From assembly GCA_964469505.1 (NCBI GenBank), contig CAYXZO010000002.1:15923-79922 (forward strand): DNA of 64,000 nt, given 5' to 3'. This stretch comes from an uncultured Lentisphaeria bacterium. GTDB lineage: Bacteria > Fidelibacterota > UBA8477 > JABMPR01. Positions within the stretch are counted from its first letter, which is position 1, and every line of letters starts with the position of its first letter. A model generated the notes under the pieces. It ran no database searches, was not told the DNA's origin, and saw only the letters and a list, made by a program, of their open reading frames with translations. Both the position numbers and the translations under genes were made by a program. This document shows, one piece after another, positions 51,753 to 62,336 of this stretch.

Positions 51753-52730
51753 ATGATTACCCAGTCAGTGCCTGCAACGGTAGCCATTTCAAGCGATAAT
51801 CTGCCCTTCCCTCTGGAAGAACGGTATTACCGCTACAGTCGATATTTGTATAAAACCTTCGGCAAGCGCGTCCAAAAAATTTCCCTCTCCGCTGGTTTTA
51901 CCTGTCCCAATCGTGATGGCAGCAAAGGCACGGGAGGCTGTATTTACTGCAACAATGCCGCTTTTCTGCCACCGGATCTGGACCCGCGTCAAAGTTTATC
52001 AGCTCAAATCCAAACGGCGATGCCCCACCTTCAGCAACGCTATGGGGTAGATTCTTTCATCGGCTATCTCCAGGCCTACACCAACACCTATGCTTCAATC
52101 GATTATCTAAGACAGTGCTATTCTGAAATCATAGCCCACCCCAACATCGTAGCCCTGAACATCGGCACCCGGGCTGATTGTCTATCCGAACCGGTGCTGG
52201 ATTTGCTGGTTGAATTCGCCACTCAGGTGCCGCTGACTGTGGAAATCGGCATCGAATCCATTCACGACCCCACCCTGAAATGGATGAACCGGGGACATGC
52301 ATTTGCTGAAGTGGAACAGGCAGTGGCGGCATTGAAAAACAGGGGCTTGCGAGTCACCGGCCATATCATCCTGGGCTTACCGGTTGAAACCAGGGAACAG
52401 ATGGTAGCCACAGCACTGGCTGCCAACAAGCTGGGACTTAATGGACTAAAAATCCACCACCTGTACATCGTGAAAGGTACCGAGCTGGGGCGTCGTTATC
52501 GTCAGTCTCCTTTTCCCCTGCTCAGTCTCACCGAGTATCTTGAACTGGTGGTTGATATCCTGGAATGTTTGAACCCTACTATTGTGATTGAGCGCCTGCT
52601 GGGCCATACACCGCCGCAATTACTGATAGCCCCCCATTGGGGCGTGGGCGCTCCCTGGTTTCAGCAGCAAGTCCAGAAAGCTTTGGAGCAACGCGATAGC
52701 TGGCAGGGAAAATTTTATAAAAATGACTAA
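51753..52730 (+). CDS. Radical SAM protein, TIGR01212 (YhcC-like) family
   Basis: The CPNRDGSKGTGGCIYC cluster is characteristic of TIGR01212. It follows YxRYSRYLYKTFGKRVQKISL. Confidence 0.8.
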   Translation: MITQSVPATVAISSDNLPFPLEERYYRYSRYLYKTFGKRVQKISLSAGFTCPNRDGSKGTGGCIYCNNAAFLPPDLDPRQSLSAQIQTAMPHLQQRYGVDSFIGYLQAYTNTYASIDYLRQCYSEIIAHPNIVALNIGTRADCLSEPVLDLLVEFATQVPLTVEIGIESIHDPTLKWMNRGHAFAEVEQAVAALKNRGLRVTGHIILGLPVETREQMVATALAANKLGLNGLKIHHLYIVKGTELGRRYRQSPFPLLSLTEYLELVVDILECLNPTIVIERLLGHTPPQLLIAPHWGVGAPWFQQQVQKALEQRDSWQGKFYKND

Positions 52731-52778
52731 AACATTTTCTCATCCATTTGAAAAAACAGATAACGAGGAGGTCAGATA

Positions 52779-53564
52779 ATGCAATACTGGGCGTTGATTT
52801 TAGGTGCATCCAGCGGTTTTGGCGCGGCGGTTTGCCGTCGGCTGGCTCGTGGGGGATACAATATCTTCGGAGTACATTTGGATCGTAAAGCGACCTTACC
52901 CAACGTGGAAAAAATCGTAGCTGATATCGAAGATCAGGGGCGTCAAGCCCGCTTTTTCAACATCAATGCCGCCGATAGTGAAGCCCGTCATAAAGTAGTG
53001 GAGGAAATGGCTCGAACTCTGGAACCTGGCGATCAAGCATTACAAGTGGTCCTACATTCACTGGCTTTTGGCTCCTTGTTGCCTTTGGTTTACGATCCCT
53101 CTAATCCTCGGCGCATTACTCAAAAACAGATGGACATGACCCTGGATGTCATGGCCCATACCCTGGTGTATTGGGTCCAGGAGCTGGTACAGCATGAGCT
53201 GTTGGCTGCCGGAGCACACATATTCAGTATGACCAGCGCCGGGGGGCATCGAGTCTGGCCCAATTACGGAGCGGTTTCAGCAGCTAAAGCCGCCCTGGAA
53301 TCTCATACTCGCCAGTTGGCTTTGGAACTGGCTCCCCTACAAATCGCCGTGAATGCCCTACAAGCAGGGGTAACCGATACTCCGGCTCTGCGGAAAATCC
53401 CCGGCCATGAAGGAATGCTGGAATATGCCCAGAAAATGAATCCCGGCGGGAGATTAACCACACCGGAAGATATTGCGGAAGCTCTATACCACCTGGCTCG
53501 GGGGCCGGTGTGGCTTACGGGAAACGTTATTCGGGTTGACGGCGGCGAAGATATCGTGGGATAA
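52779..53564 (+). CDS. SDR-family oxidoreductase (enoyl-ACP-reductase-like)
   Basis: GASSGFG cofactor motif and the catalytic YxxxK (YGAVSAAKAAL). Confidence 0.6.
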   Translation: MQYWALILGASSGFGAAVCRRLARGGYNIFGVHLDRKATLPNVEKIVADIEDQGRQARFFNINAADSEARHKVVEEMARTLEPGDQALQVVLHSLAFGSLLPLVYDPSNPRRITQKQMDMTLDVMAHTLVYWVQELVQHELLAAGAHIFSMTSAGGHRVWPNYGAVSAAKAALESHTRQLALELAPLQIAVNALQAGVTDTPALRKIPGHEGMLEYAQKMNPGGRLTTPEDIAEALYHLARGPVWLTGNVIRVDGGEDIVG

Positions 53565-54933
53565 GGCGGTAACCGAACTCCCGGATCAACTCCCAGCGGA
53601 AAACGTGGCGCTCCCGGGTGGTTTCATAAGTCACCCAGATTCCCAATAATCCGAACAGGACATCTGGAGTCCACATGGCGGTCACCGGACTGATCACAAG
53701 TCGGTCCGCCAACTCCTCCCCGGCGATCATGAATGCCCAATAAAAGAAGAACATGGCCATGGCTGCTATAATAGCTGCTGAGGATTTACGAGTCATAACC
53801 CCCAGCGGAACCCCCATCAAGGCAAAGACCAGGCAAGCCACAGGCATGGCTAACTTTTTGTGAATTTCCACTCCGTACTTGTTGATCTGTCGCCGGTAGC
53901 TGTGCAACACCTTCTGCTGCACCCGCAATTGATTGACAGCTCGATTCCAAGCCCGCCAGTTAAGTCCTTCCGGTTTAGGTTGGCCTGGAGTAAAAAGGTG
54001 AACGGTGTCCAGCAATGCTGCGAAAGAATGTAGTGTATCCCCTTTGAACAGGGGACTTTTCAGGAAGATATCCTCCATTCGTCGTTGGACTTTTTCAATG
54101 CGCTCCCGGTAACGTTTGATTTTAGCCTGCATCATGGAGATAGACATCTCCCGATCTCCCCGAATGCTGGAGCGATAATGTTTGAGCTGCAAATTACTGA
54201 CCTTGATGGCTAAGCGGGTCGAATCAAAAAATTCCCGTTGGTAATCGCCCAGTTTACCCACCTGCAAAACATGTTTCTCACCATCGTACAGGTGCAGAAT
54301 CACCCAATCGCCTTTAGTAGTCAACCGTCCCCTTCGGGCAAAGATAGACACCTGTTGTTGACGGTCGCCTTTGGAGAAAATCATCACTCCCTCAAAGCCG
54401 GCGGGGGTCACTTTGTCCACCCTAAGGTTATATTCCGGCAAATCTTCTATGAAATACCCAGGTACAATATCCAAATCCGGTCGCTTGCGATAAATATCGG
54501 AGCTTAGGAGGCGGGCTTGGTGGTTTACATCAGGCAGGATGCGATCGTTGAAATAGGCCGTAAAAGCCCCAACTAACAGAGCAAAAATCAAAGCCGGCGC
54601 CATTATGCGCGGTAAGGCCACTCCGCTGGCTCTCAGGGCCGTAACTTCATGATCCGCCGCCAAACGCCCGTAAGCCAGCAAGACCGCCACCAGCACTGAC
54701 ATGGGCAGGGCCAGTGCCAGCATCCACGCCAGGTTGAGGACAATTAATTTGATCACCACCCATAATGGTAGACCTTTTCCCAGAATCCGGTCCATGGAAC
54801 GGATTAGGAAGTTAACTACAAATATCAGGGTTAGAACTACCAAAGAGAGAGTAAAGGGGGGCAACAACTCACCGAACAAATACCGGTCCAGTCGGTGAAG
54901 ACGAAAAAGTCTATTCGGACGCAGCTGCGACAC
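53527..54933 (-). CDS. LptF/LptG-family LPS export permease (YjgP/YjgQ)
   Basis: N-terminal LDRYLFGELLPPF, six TM helices and a central periplasmic β-jellyroll domain. This is typical LptF/G architecture. Confidence 0.8.
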   Translation of the reverse strand: MSQLRPNRLFRLHRLDRYLFGELLPPFTLSLVVLTLIFVVNFLIRSMDRILGKGLPLWVVIKLIVLNLAWMLALALPMSVLVAVLLAYGRLAADHEVTALRASGVALPRIMAPALIFALLVGAFTAYFNDRILPDVNHQARLLSSDIYRKRPDLDIVPGYFIEDLPEYNLRVDKVTPAGFEGVMIFSKGDRQQQVSIFARRGRLTTKGDWVILHLYDGEKHVLQVGKLGDYQREFFDSTRLAIKVSNLQLKHYRSSIRGDREMSISMMQAKIKRYRERIEKVQRRMEDIFLKSPLFKGDTLHSFAALLDTVHLFTPGQPKPEGLNWRAWNRAVNQLRVQQKVLHSYRRQINKYGVEIHKKLAMPVACLVFALMGVPLGVMTRKSSAAIIAAMAMFFFYWAFMIAGEELADRLVISPVTAMWTPDVLFGLLGIWVTYETTRERHVFRWELIREFGYRLIPRYLRRRQPE

Positions 54934-54934
54934 C

Positions 54935-55762
54935 TCAGCCTGCTTTTTCGGTAGCTTTTGGTGCAGGTGTGCTTTTCCGGCGGGGTCCTAACGCCTTTGA
55001 GCCCAGATAATCATACACAGTATCGGGTAGGTGATACAGAATTTTGCCAAAAAGAGCCATGGGCCAGGGGAAGGTGTAGCGTTTTTTCCCCTTTAGAATA
55101 GCAGTGACAATTTTGCGGGCTGCCGGCTCCACATCCATCAGAAAAGGCATGGGATAGCGATTTTCAGCGGTCATGGGGGTACGAATATAGCCGGGGCGAA
55201 TATCCGTCACTTTGATCCCCTTGTAGCTCACCCTAAAGCGCAAAGCCTCCAGATAGGTTCGGAATCCTGCTTTCGTGGCGCTGTAAACTACAGCCCCAGC
55301 TAATCCCCGATAACCGGCAATGCTGGAGATGCCTACCAGATGACCTCGGCCTTGCCGTAACATGCCGCGGGCAAAAAATTCCAGGGTGTAAATGGCGGCC
55401 CTGAAATTTAAATCGACAATCATCAGCGCCTTGTCAGGATTATCATCGCTAGGATATTTCAGGAAGAAATTAGCTCCTGCGTTGGCGATAACCAGGTCTA
55501 GGGGACCCGTTTCAGCTTCAATTCGCGAGAAAACCTCTGCTGTCTGGCCCAGGTTCCGCAGGTCACAAGGGCAAACCAGCCCTTCCCCTCCGCGAGCGGA
55601 TACCATAGCCGCAGTTTCTTCCAACGCTTTCCGGCGACGAGCTATCAAATAAATCCTTACCCCGGGCCGGGCCAGCTCCTGAGCCACATAGCGACCGATT
55701 CCGCTGGAGGCTCCAGTGATTAATATGCGCTGATAAGGAAAAGTCTCTATTTCTCCTACCAT
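54935..55762 (-). CDS. SDR-family oxidoreductase
   Basis: TGASSGIG NAD(P)-binding motif and the catalytic YSATKAG. Confidence 0.8.
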   Translation of the reverse strand: MVGEIETFPYQRILITGASSGIGRYVAQELARPGVRIYLIARRRKALEETAAMVSARGGEGLVCPCDLRNLGQTAEVFSRIEAETGPLDLVIANAGANFFLKYPSDDNPDKALMIVDLNFRAAIYTLEFFARGMLRQGRGHLVGISSIAGYRGLAGAVVYSATKAGFRTYLEALRFRVSYKGIKVTDIRPGYIRTPMTAENRYPMPFLMDVEPAARKIVTAILKGKKRYTFPWPMALFGKILYHLPDTVYDYLGSKALGPRRKSTPAPKATEKAG

Positions 55763-55916
55763 AAGGTTAGCCCCCTAATTCCAAGCTTCTCCTGCCGAAA
55801 TATTCAGTCGCTCTTTAACTACCTTCCACACCCAATATTCAGACATATGATTCAAAAATGGCCGCCACATCGGCGGCAGGAATTTTCATACGCGAATGGC
55901 CGGGCCTAAAAGCACT

Positions 55917-56546
55917 TCACCGGCTTATGTCACCGGATTGTAGCTCGGGGAAGCGGGTCATCAGTTGCTGGAAAATCTTTTCCAGCTGATGTTCCAGATG
56001 AGGTTTATCACCATCGTTATGCACTACATAATCCGCCCGCTGGGCCTTATCCTCCTGGGGTAGTTGCAGATTATCCCTTCTTTTGAAATCTTCCCATCCC
56101 AATCCACTCCGTTGGGACACCCGGGCGTAGCGAATTTCCAGGGGCGCCACCACTACAATCACTGCATCCAGATTTTGCTCCAGCCCAGCTTCGAATATCA
56201 GGGGCGCATCCACTACAAAAAGACGCTCCTGACGGCTTGCGGCCAACTCCCGTCGTTGCTGTAAATTCTCCAACACCGGGGGATGAATCAGACCATTGAG
56301 AATCTGCTGGGAACCGGCATCAGCAAAAGCCACTTTGGCCAAACTAGCGAAATCAACTCGCCCCTCAGTATCGAGAATGCCAGACCCGAACGCTTCCTTC
56401 AAACGTCGCTGGATGTCCAGGCGGGTGCTTAATATTTCCTTGGCCACTTTATCTGCCTCTACTACTACCGCTCCTTTCTTGGCAAACCAGGCTGTTGCAG
56501 TAGACTTACCGGCTCCGATGCTGCCCGTGATACCCAGAGTAACCAT
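55917..56546 (-). CDS. coaE: Dephospho-CoA kinase
   Basis: P-loop GITGSIGAGKST and overall CoaE length. Confidence 0.9.
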   Translation of the reverse strand: MVTLGITGSIGAGKSTATAWFAKKGAVVVEADKVAKEILSTRLDIQRRLKEAFGSGILDTEGRVDFASLAKVAFADAGSQQILNGLIHPPVLENLQQRRELAASRQERLFVVDAPLIFEAGLEQNLDAVIVVVAPLEIRYARVSQRSGLGWEDFKRRDNLQLPQEDKAQRADYVVHNDGDKPHLEHQLEKIFQQLMTRFPELQSGDISR

Positions 56547-56556
56547 GAATATTTAC

Positions 56557-57207
56557 CTAATCCCTCAGTACGGCCTGAATGCGCTGAAAAACCTCACCCA
56601 CCGTTCCGGTACCATCGATGGGCCGCACCAATCCCCGGCTCTCATAATATTCAATGAGGGGTTCGGTCTGATTCTGATACACTTTCAGCCGGTTAAGCAC
56701 CGTCTCTTCCGAGTCGTCGGGCCGTTGATATAACTCCCCCCCATCATAATCACACTTACCAGCTTCTTTGGGTGGATTAAACAGCAGGTTGTAGATGTGT
56801 CCGCATGTACGGCAGGTGCGCCGGGAGGTGAGCCTCTTAATCAACTCTTCCCGGGGAACCTGCAAAACCAAAACGTGATCTATTTGCTGCCCCCGGGCCG
56901 CCAAAAGCTCCTGCAACCCTTCCGCCTGTCTGACCGTCCGGGGGAAACCATCCAGGATATACCCACGGGCTAATTCCGGCTTGTCCAGCTCGGCCGCTAC
57001 CATATCCAGGATTATTTCATCCGGCACCAATTCACCGGCATCCATATAGGCTTGTGCTTTCTGACCCAACGGGGTTTTAAGGCGACGATTCTCCCTGAGA
57101 ATATCTCCAGTGGATAGCTGCACCAGTCCGTAGGTCTCCATGATACGTTTGGCCTGGGTGCCTTTACCGGCCCCAGGTGGTCCCAGAAATATCAGATGCC
57201 ATGCCAT
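56557..57207 (-). CDS. adk: Adenylate kinase
   Basis: GPPGAGKGTQA P-loop and a Cys4 LID domain (CRTCGH...CDYDGG). Confidence 0.95.
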   Translation of the reverse strand: MAWHLIFLGPPGAGKGTQAKRIMETYGLVQLSTGDILRENRRLKTPLGQKAQAYMDAGELVPDEIILDMVAAELDKPELARGYILDGFPRTVRQAEGLQELLAARGQQIDHVLVLQVPREELIKRLTSRRTCRTCGHIYNLLFNPPKEAGKCDYDGGELYQRPDDSEETVLNRLKVYQNQTEPLIEYYESRGLVRPIDGTGTVGEVFQRIQAVLRD

Positions 57208-57224
57208 GACCGATTCCCTTCCTT

Positions 57225-58442
57225 CTAAAGCATAATTCCCGCAATAGTGGCGGTCAGCCAGGAAGCCAGAGCTCCGGCGAACATGGCCTTGACTGCCAGG
57301 CGGGAAAGATCTTTCCGGCGTTCCGGAGCCAGAGCTCCAATACCACCGATTTGAATACCAATGGAGGCGAAGTTAGCAAAACCGCACAAAGCATATGACG
57401 CAATGATAGCTGACTTCGTTTGTAGCGTCCCCAACGTTTCCTGGAGGTGACCATAGGCTATAAGCTCTGTCAAAACCAGCTTTTCTCCCATTAAGCCGCC
57501 AATTTTTAGTATGTCCTGATATGGTACGCCCATTACAAAAGCCAAGGGAGAGAAGATCCAGCCCAGAATCTCTTGCAGGCTGGTATGGGCCAAGCCCAGG
57601 ATGTAATTGATCCCTGCCAATAAGGCCACAATGGCGATGAGCAAGGCAGCCACATTGGCAGCCAGACGCATACCATCGGTGGCCCCCTGGGTGACGGCTT
57701 CCATTACATTATCAGATTGCCGGGGGATATCAATTTTTAGATCTCCCCTGGTAACTGATTCTTCCGTTTCGGGAAAAACAATCTTAGCCATTACCAGGGC
57801 AGCGGGCGCACTCATAACGGAGGCGGCCATTAAATGTCCGGCGATGTTGGGAATATTAGACAGCCACTTCACGTAAACGGCCATTACCCCTCCAGCGATA
57901 GTGGCAAACCCCCCGGTCATTATGGCCATCAACTCGCTCTTGGTCATGTCATGGAGAAAAGGTCTGATTACGAGGGGTGCTTCCGTTTGGCCTACAAAAA
58001 TGTTGGCTGAAGCCGAAAGAGTCTCGGAGCCGCTGGTGCCCATGGTGCGTTGCATAAGACGCGCTACAGCCTTTACTATCACTTGCATGATACCCAAGTG
58101 GTATAGAATTGCCATGAAAGCACTGAAAAAAATTATTGTAGGTAAAACCTGAAATGCGAAAAAGAACCCCAACGACCCCTCATGGCCGGGACCCACCGCC
58201 AGATTACCGAATACGAACCGGGCACCTTCATCGGAGAAAGAAAGAAGTTTGCGAATCACTTTATCGAAAAGTTCGAATAAAGGACGTCCGACAGGAGTTT
58301 TTAAAATAAAGAGGGCAAAAACTATCTGGAGACCTAATCCCCAAATCACTACTCGACGGTCGATGGCCTTGCGATTATTGGACATGGCGTAGGCGATCCC
58401 CAGCAGAGTAACTATTCCCAGAAGTCCTATTAAGCGGTGCAT
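57225..58442 (-). CDS. nupC: Concentrative nucleoside transporter (NupC family)
   Basis: CNT-family polytopic protein with N-terminal RxxVIWGLGLQ. Confidence 0.85.
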   Translation of the reverse strand: MHRLIGLLGIVTLLGIAYAMSNNRKAIDRRVVIWGLGLQIVFALFILKTPVGRPLFELFDKVIRKLLSFSDEGARFVFGNLAVGPGHEGSLGFFFAFQVLPTIIFFSAFMAILYHLGIMQVIVKAVARLMQRTMGTSGSETLSASANIFVGQTEAPLVIRPFLHDMTKSELMAIMTGGFATIAGGVMAVYVKWLSNIPNIAGHLMAASVMSAPAALVMAKIVFPETEESVTRGDLKIDIPRQSDNVMEAVTQGATDGMRLAANVAALLIAIVALLAGINYILGLAHTSLQEILGWIFSPLAFVMGVPYQDILKIGGLMGEKLVLTELIAYGHLQETLGTLQTKSAIIASYALCGFANFASIGIQIGGIGALAPERRKDLSRLAVKAMFAGALASWLTATIAGIML

Positions 58443-58601
58443 TCCATTACTCCTTTTCTGGATTTCAAATAGAATAGCCAGGAGAAATTAGACAAAAGCA
58501 TAAGTCCAGAAGAGTAGAAAACCTTATAACCGGGGTATTTTGCTGAAGCTTTGTGGACACGGGGAATAATTCGTCAGAATCCACAGAAATATCAGGATAA
58601 C

Positions 58602-59000
58602 TCAATCGGCCCCCAGTTCATCGGAGTCAAAAGGAGCCGGCAACAGAGCCAAGCTAGTAGTTTCCTGAACAATGCGACCGGCATCATCCACCAATATGAT
58701 CGGGATATCCCCACATAGCTCATAAATAACCTGACGGCAGGCCCCGCAAGGAGAAGCGCCATTTTCGGTCGCCAGTACCAGTTTTTTTATTTTGGTTGCT
58801 CCCTCAGCCACCGCCCGGAATAGGGCTACGCGCTCGGCACAGCAAGCCAAACCATAGCTGGCATTTTCCACATTGCAGCCAGTAATAATGCGCCCGTCCT
58901 CGCTTTCTAGAGCCGTTCCGACCCGATATTTGGAGTAAGGGGCATAAGCCCGCTTTCGGACTTCCAAAGCAGCAGCGATTAGTTCTTTAAGCTCCATCAT
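58602..59000 (-). CDS. cdd: Cytidine deaminase
   Basis: Zinc ligands CAERxA and PCGACRQ. Size is 132 aa. Confidence 0.9.
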   Translation of the reverse strand: MMELKELIAAALEVRKRAYAPYSKYRVGTALESEDGRIITGCNVENASYGLACCAERVALFRAVAEGATKIKKLVLATENGASPCGACRQVIYELCGDIPIILVDDAGRIVQETTSLALLPAPFDSDELGAD

Positions 59001-59638
59001 GGGCGGCGGCTTAGTTTAAAATTATGGTAGAGATAATACAGCACCAATCCGCAGATGAAGCCTCCGATGTGGGCCATATAGGCTACATTACCTCCAGCAG
59101 CCGACAATTGGTAAAGGAACTGGCTGACAATCCAGGCGCCAATGAACCAACCGGCGGGTATTTCCCAGAAAAAGAAGAAAAACACCCAGGTTAAAACTCG
59201 CGCCCGGGGATAGCGCACAGCATAGGCTCCCAACACACCCGAGATGGCTCCGGAGGCCCCGACCAGTACCCCAGGGGATTGGACTCCGAAAAAAGGATCT
59301 AGATAAACTTCAGTTAATGCTGCCCCAACACCGCACAGGAGATAAAAAACGAGAAAAACCCCATGACCCAGCGAGCCCTCCACATTGTCACCAAAGATGT
59401 AAAGAAACCACAAATTGAAGGCCAGGTGACCGAATCCACCATGAATGAACTGATAAGTGAATAGCTGGATAATTCCCAGGGAAGGCGCGTCAAACCAGGT
59501 TGCTTTCCAGAAACCTAAAACTTCCATGCCTGGCATACTTAACGTGAGCAAGAACATAATCACATTAGTGACGATTAGTCCATAGGTGACCGTAGGATAA
59601 CGCAAGGGTGGATTTGTGTCGTGCAAAGGAATGAACAT
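58997..59638 (-). CDS. Rhomboid-family intramembrane serine protease
   Basis: GASGAISG catalytic serine motif and a downstream histidine helix (AHIGG). Six TM helices. Confidence 0.85.
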   Translation of the reverse strand: MFIPLHDTNPPLRYPTVTYGLIVTNVIMFLLTLSMPGMEVLGFWKATWFDAPSLGIIQLFTYQFIHGGFGHLAFNLWFLYIFGDNVEGSLGHGVFLVFYLLCGVGAALTEVYLDPFFGVQSPGVLVGASGAISGVLGAYAVRYPRARVLTWVFFFFFWEIPAGWFIGAWIVSQFLYQLSAAGGNVAYMAHIGGFICGLVLYYLYHNFKLSRRP

Positions 59639-59648
59639 GGATCAAGTC

Positions 59649-62000
59649 CTATCGGTGCAATCTGAAGCGGTATCTCTTTTTTGCAATATGACCTTGTTGA
59701 TCTACCACCTTTAGGTCAACAATATGCACTCCCGATTTGCTTTCCCAGGGCAAATGATAGGTCAGTTCCTGCCGAAGAGGGTTCCAATTGGGGAATACTA
59801 TTTGTCCGTCCCAGCGCATAATTATGTTCTGTTCAGGTCTAGCGATGGGACCAGCATTATCTCTGATCCGCCACACCACCCTTTGACCGGGCCGATAGAC
59901 TCGTCGTTTGGTTAACAAGCGTATCCTGGGGGGATTATCATCGGCTATTAGGAAATAGCGCCCTGGCTTGTTAACCTCAACAGTGATGTAGCCAGCTTCC
60001 TTAATACTGCCAGGTAACAATCGTAGCCCGTGAGCTTGCCGGTAAATACCCCAATGGCGCTCTTCCTGTCCGGTTGGTATCCGAAAAGCCATTTGGGCCG
60101 TAAAATTCACTCCCTCCTCCAGGGTAAACAATCCCAACCCACTAAAATGAAGGTCATTATAGGAAGCCAGAGCGGTATCCACTTGCAAATGGAAGGAATC
60201 AGATGTCGCTTCAACTCTAAAAGACACGTTGAAACCGCTGACCACGTCCGAATAGCTATCTCCAGGGCCCAGTTTTAACCATGGTCGTTGTGGGAAATGG
60301 AGTTCCTGCCTAGGCCCAAAATGCAATACCGCATCTTTTACGGCTCCCCTTATGTCTCCGCTTACCGGCTCCGTTTGGCTTTGGGTGGGTGTCACCCGTA
60401 TAAGGGGGATAAAAAGATTTTTATAGGGTAACACAAACTGAATTTTAATGGGAAAGGGTACTGGAGCCAGGGATTCTAACTTTAATACCCATCCTCTAGG
60501 ACTTTTCTCCCAATCTGCCTCAAGGTCTGGAAGATTCACCGGCTGGGGAAAGTACAAACCCACCAGGGGTAAACTTTTTAATGGAGCCACAGTTAGCCCT
60601 TGTCTCAGTTCTTCCAGCAAGAACTCCCAGCGGGCATTACTTAGATCGTAAAGGACTTGATGAGGTTTTACGGGATTATGGCGCAGATCGTAAAAAATAG
60701 GACTCGTACCAAGGGAGCTGGAAATGAACCAGACTCGATTGTCTTGAGCTTCTATTTTCCAAACTGGCCAAGTTGTTAAGGTTGTTAAATAAAACGTGAG
60801 ATCGGCGGTATTACCATGGAAGTCTTTAAACTCAGCTCGCAAGCGGTGCAACCCCGGAGATAACTGTAAACGTCCATCCAATCCATCGTGTATAAAGGGC
60901 AAACCAGGAGAATTCTCCGGCAAATACAGGTTCAGTACTGGTTTGCGTTCATCCGCAAGTCCTACTTCGTAAACAACTTCAACCTGATGAGCATAACTGA
61001 GAGGTTCCCGATTAAAGGTAAGCGCAAAAGCCAAGGAATCATCGACAGTCAGACGCAAGTTATATATGGAATACCAATTACTGGTTCCATCTGCTCTATC
61101 AAAGGTGGCCACTGCCAATCCCACTGGACCGGATACATAGGGGATAAAAGCAGAACGATACTTGGCGCCTCTTTTTATCAACGGTAACCGCAACGGCAAC
61201 CAACCTCCATTAAGACGCGAATTATCATCCAAAGGGATGAGGTACAGCCCTTTTATTTCCGGTGGTTTTCGGTCTTGAATTCCGTGGAAGAACTGCAAAG
61301 GATTGAGCACAGCGCCGGTGGAGTCCCGAATTTCGAAATGTAAATGGGGATAGCGAGTGCCGGAAGTTCCCGAATAGGCTAAAACGGCATTCTTTTTCAC
61401 CGGAAAGCGCTCCGGCGGGAAGGTGAGTTCCACCGCGTAGCGCCCGGTTTTTTGTTGTTCCTGAATTATCAGCCGTTCTATTGCCCAGGTAAATCGGTCC
61501 AGATGGGCGTATACGGCTGTCCGACCATCATTCAGCTTGAGATACAACACCTTACCGTAGCCGGTGTACCCCACCCTCACCCGCTGTATATAGCCATTGG
61601 CCACCGCTTGGCAGGGAATATCCAAAGCACCCCAGGTTTTAATATCCACACCGCTGTGAAAATGGCCCACGCGGGGTTCACCAAAAGTGGCGGACAGGAA
61701 ACGATCGGTTCGAATAGGCCAACTATACGTGGAGGAATGGGCTAGTAAGGAACGAAATCCAGTCCCAACCAGGAAGAAGAATATTAAGGCGAGCCATCGG
61801 CTGCCATTGGGAAAAGCAGATGGTAGAGTTAAGTTTGGGACGCAATGTTTATAAAAACTAAAAACCGCTCCTTGCCTGATGGGCCCCTGAAGTTTGGCGC
61901 TCAATTGAAGCAAGTTCATCGTTTGGTGATCTTTTTCCCGCTGGCTACGAAACAAGCCCGCGTGGCTCGCTATGCTCTCCAACGTTTGAAAAACCACCAA
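59649..62000 (-). CDS. Large M23-family (LytM-type) metallopeptidase-domain protein
   Basis: HxxxD (GHFHSGVD) and HLH (YPHLHFEI) M23 zinc motifs near the N-terminus, followed by a long β-rich C-terminal extension. The start is ambiguous (M1 at 62000 or M28 at 61919); a signal-anchor-like helix lies at aa 68-88. Confidence 0.7.
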   Translation of the reverse strand: MVVFQTLESIASHAGLFRSQREKDHQTMNLLQLSAKLQGPIRQGAVFSFYKHCVPNLTLPSAFPNGSRWLALIFFFLVGTGFRSLLAHSSTYSWPIRTDRFLSATFGEPRVGHFHSGVDIKTWGALDIPCQAVANGYIQRVRVGYTGYGKVLYLKLNDGRTAVYAHLDRFTWAIERLIIQEQQKTGRYAVELTFPPERFPVKKNAVLAYSGTSGTRYPHLHFEIRDSTGAVLNPLQFFHGIQDRKPPEIKGLYLIPLDDNSRLNGGWLPLRLPLIKRGAKYRSAFIPYVSGPVGLAVATFDRADGTSNWYSIYNLRLTVDDSLAFALTFNREPLSYAHQVEVVYEVGLADERKPVLNLYLPENSPGLPFIHDGLDGRLQLSPGLHRLRAEFKDFHGNTADLTFYLTTLTTWPVWKIEAQDNRVWFISSSLGTSPIFYDLRHNPVKPHQVLYDLSNARWEFLLEELRQGLTVAPLKSLPLVGLYFPQPVNLPDLEADWEKSPRGWVLKLESLAPVPFPIKIQFVLPYKNLFIPLIRVTPTQSQTEPVSGDIRGAVKDAVLHFGPRQELHFPQRPWLKLGPGDSYSDVVSGFNVSFRVEATSDSFHLQVDTALASYNDLHFSGLGLFTLEEGVNFTAQMAFRIPTGQEERHWGIYRQAHGLRLLPGSIKEAGYITVEVNKPGRYFLIADDNPPRIRLLTKRRVYRPGQRVVWRIRDNAGPIARPEQNIIMRWDGQIVFPNWNPLRQELTYHLPWESKSGVHIVDLKVVDQQGHIAKKRYRFRLHR

Positions 62001-62336
62001 GGGAACCTGGAAATCCGGTTAGTGGTAAATCCCAAAGTAACACAATATGTGGAATGGGATTCTGGGAAAATCTGGCTTATTCCCGGGGACGGGAAACGCA
62101 TGGAATGGAACTCTTTGAGAAACCCCATTGAGAATTTTCGGCCCGATTTGCTCCTGCAGCTGGAACCGGACCCACCTTCTGGTTTGTTGAAACTGGTAAA
62201 GCAGATCCCGACACCGTTGAAAGCTGGGTTGGGAGAAGATCTGGAAATATTTAACATCGCCCACCTATTTAATGGGCTTAGTTTTTATGAAAAATCTATT
62301 CTTAACCTTATTGGGCTGTTGAATCGGAGGTCTTGA
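61845..62336 (+). CDS. Hypothetical ORF (163 aa) antisense to the 5′ end of the M23 gene; doubtful
   Basis: Open frame with no recognisable motif. It overlaps the M23 ORF by 75-155 nt on the opposite strand. Confidence 0.25.
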   Translation: MFIKTKNRSLPDGPLKFGAQLKQVHRLVIFFPLATKQARVARYALQRLKNHQGNLEIRLVVNPKVTQYVEWDSGKIWLIPGDGKRMEWNSLRNPIENFRPDLLLQLEPDPPSGLLKLVKQIPTPLKAGLGEDLEIFNIAHLFNGLSFYEKSILNLIGLLNRRS

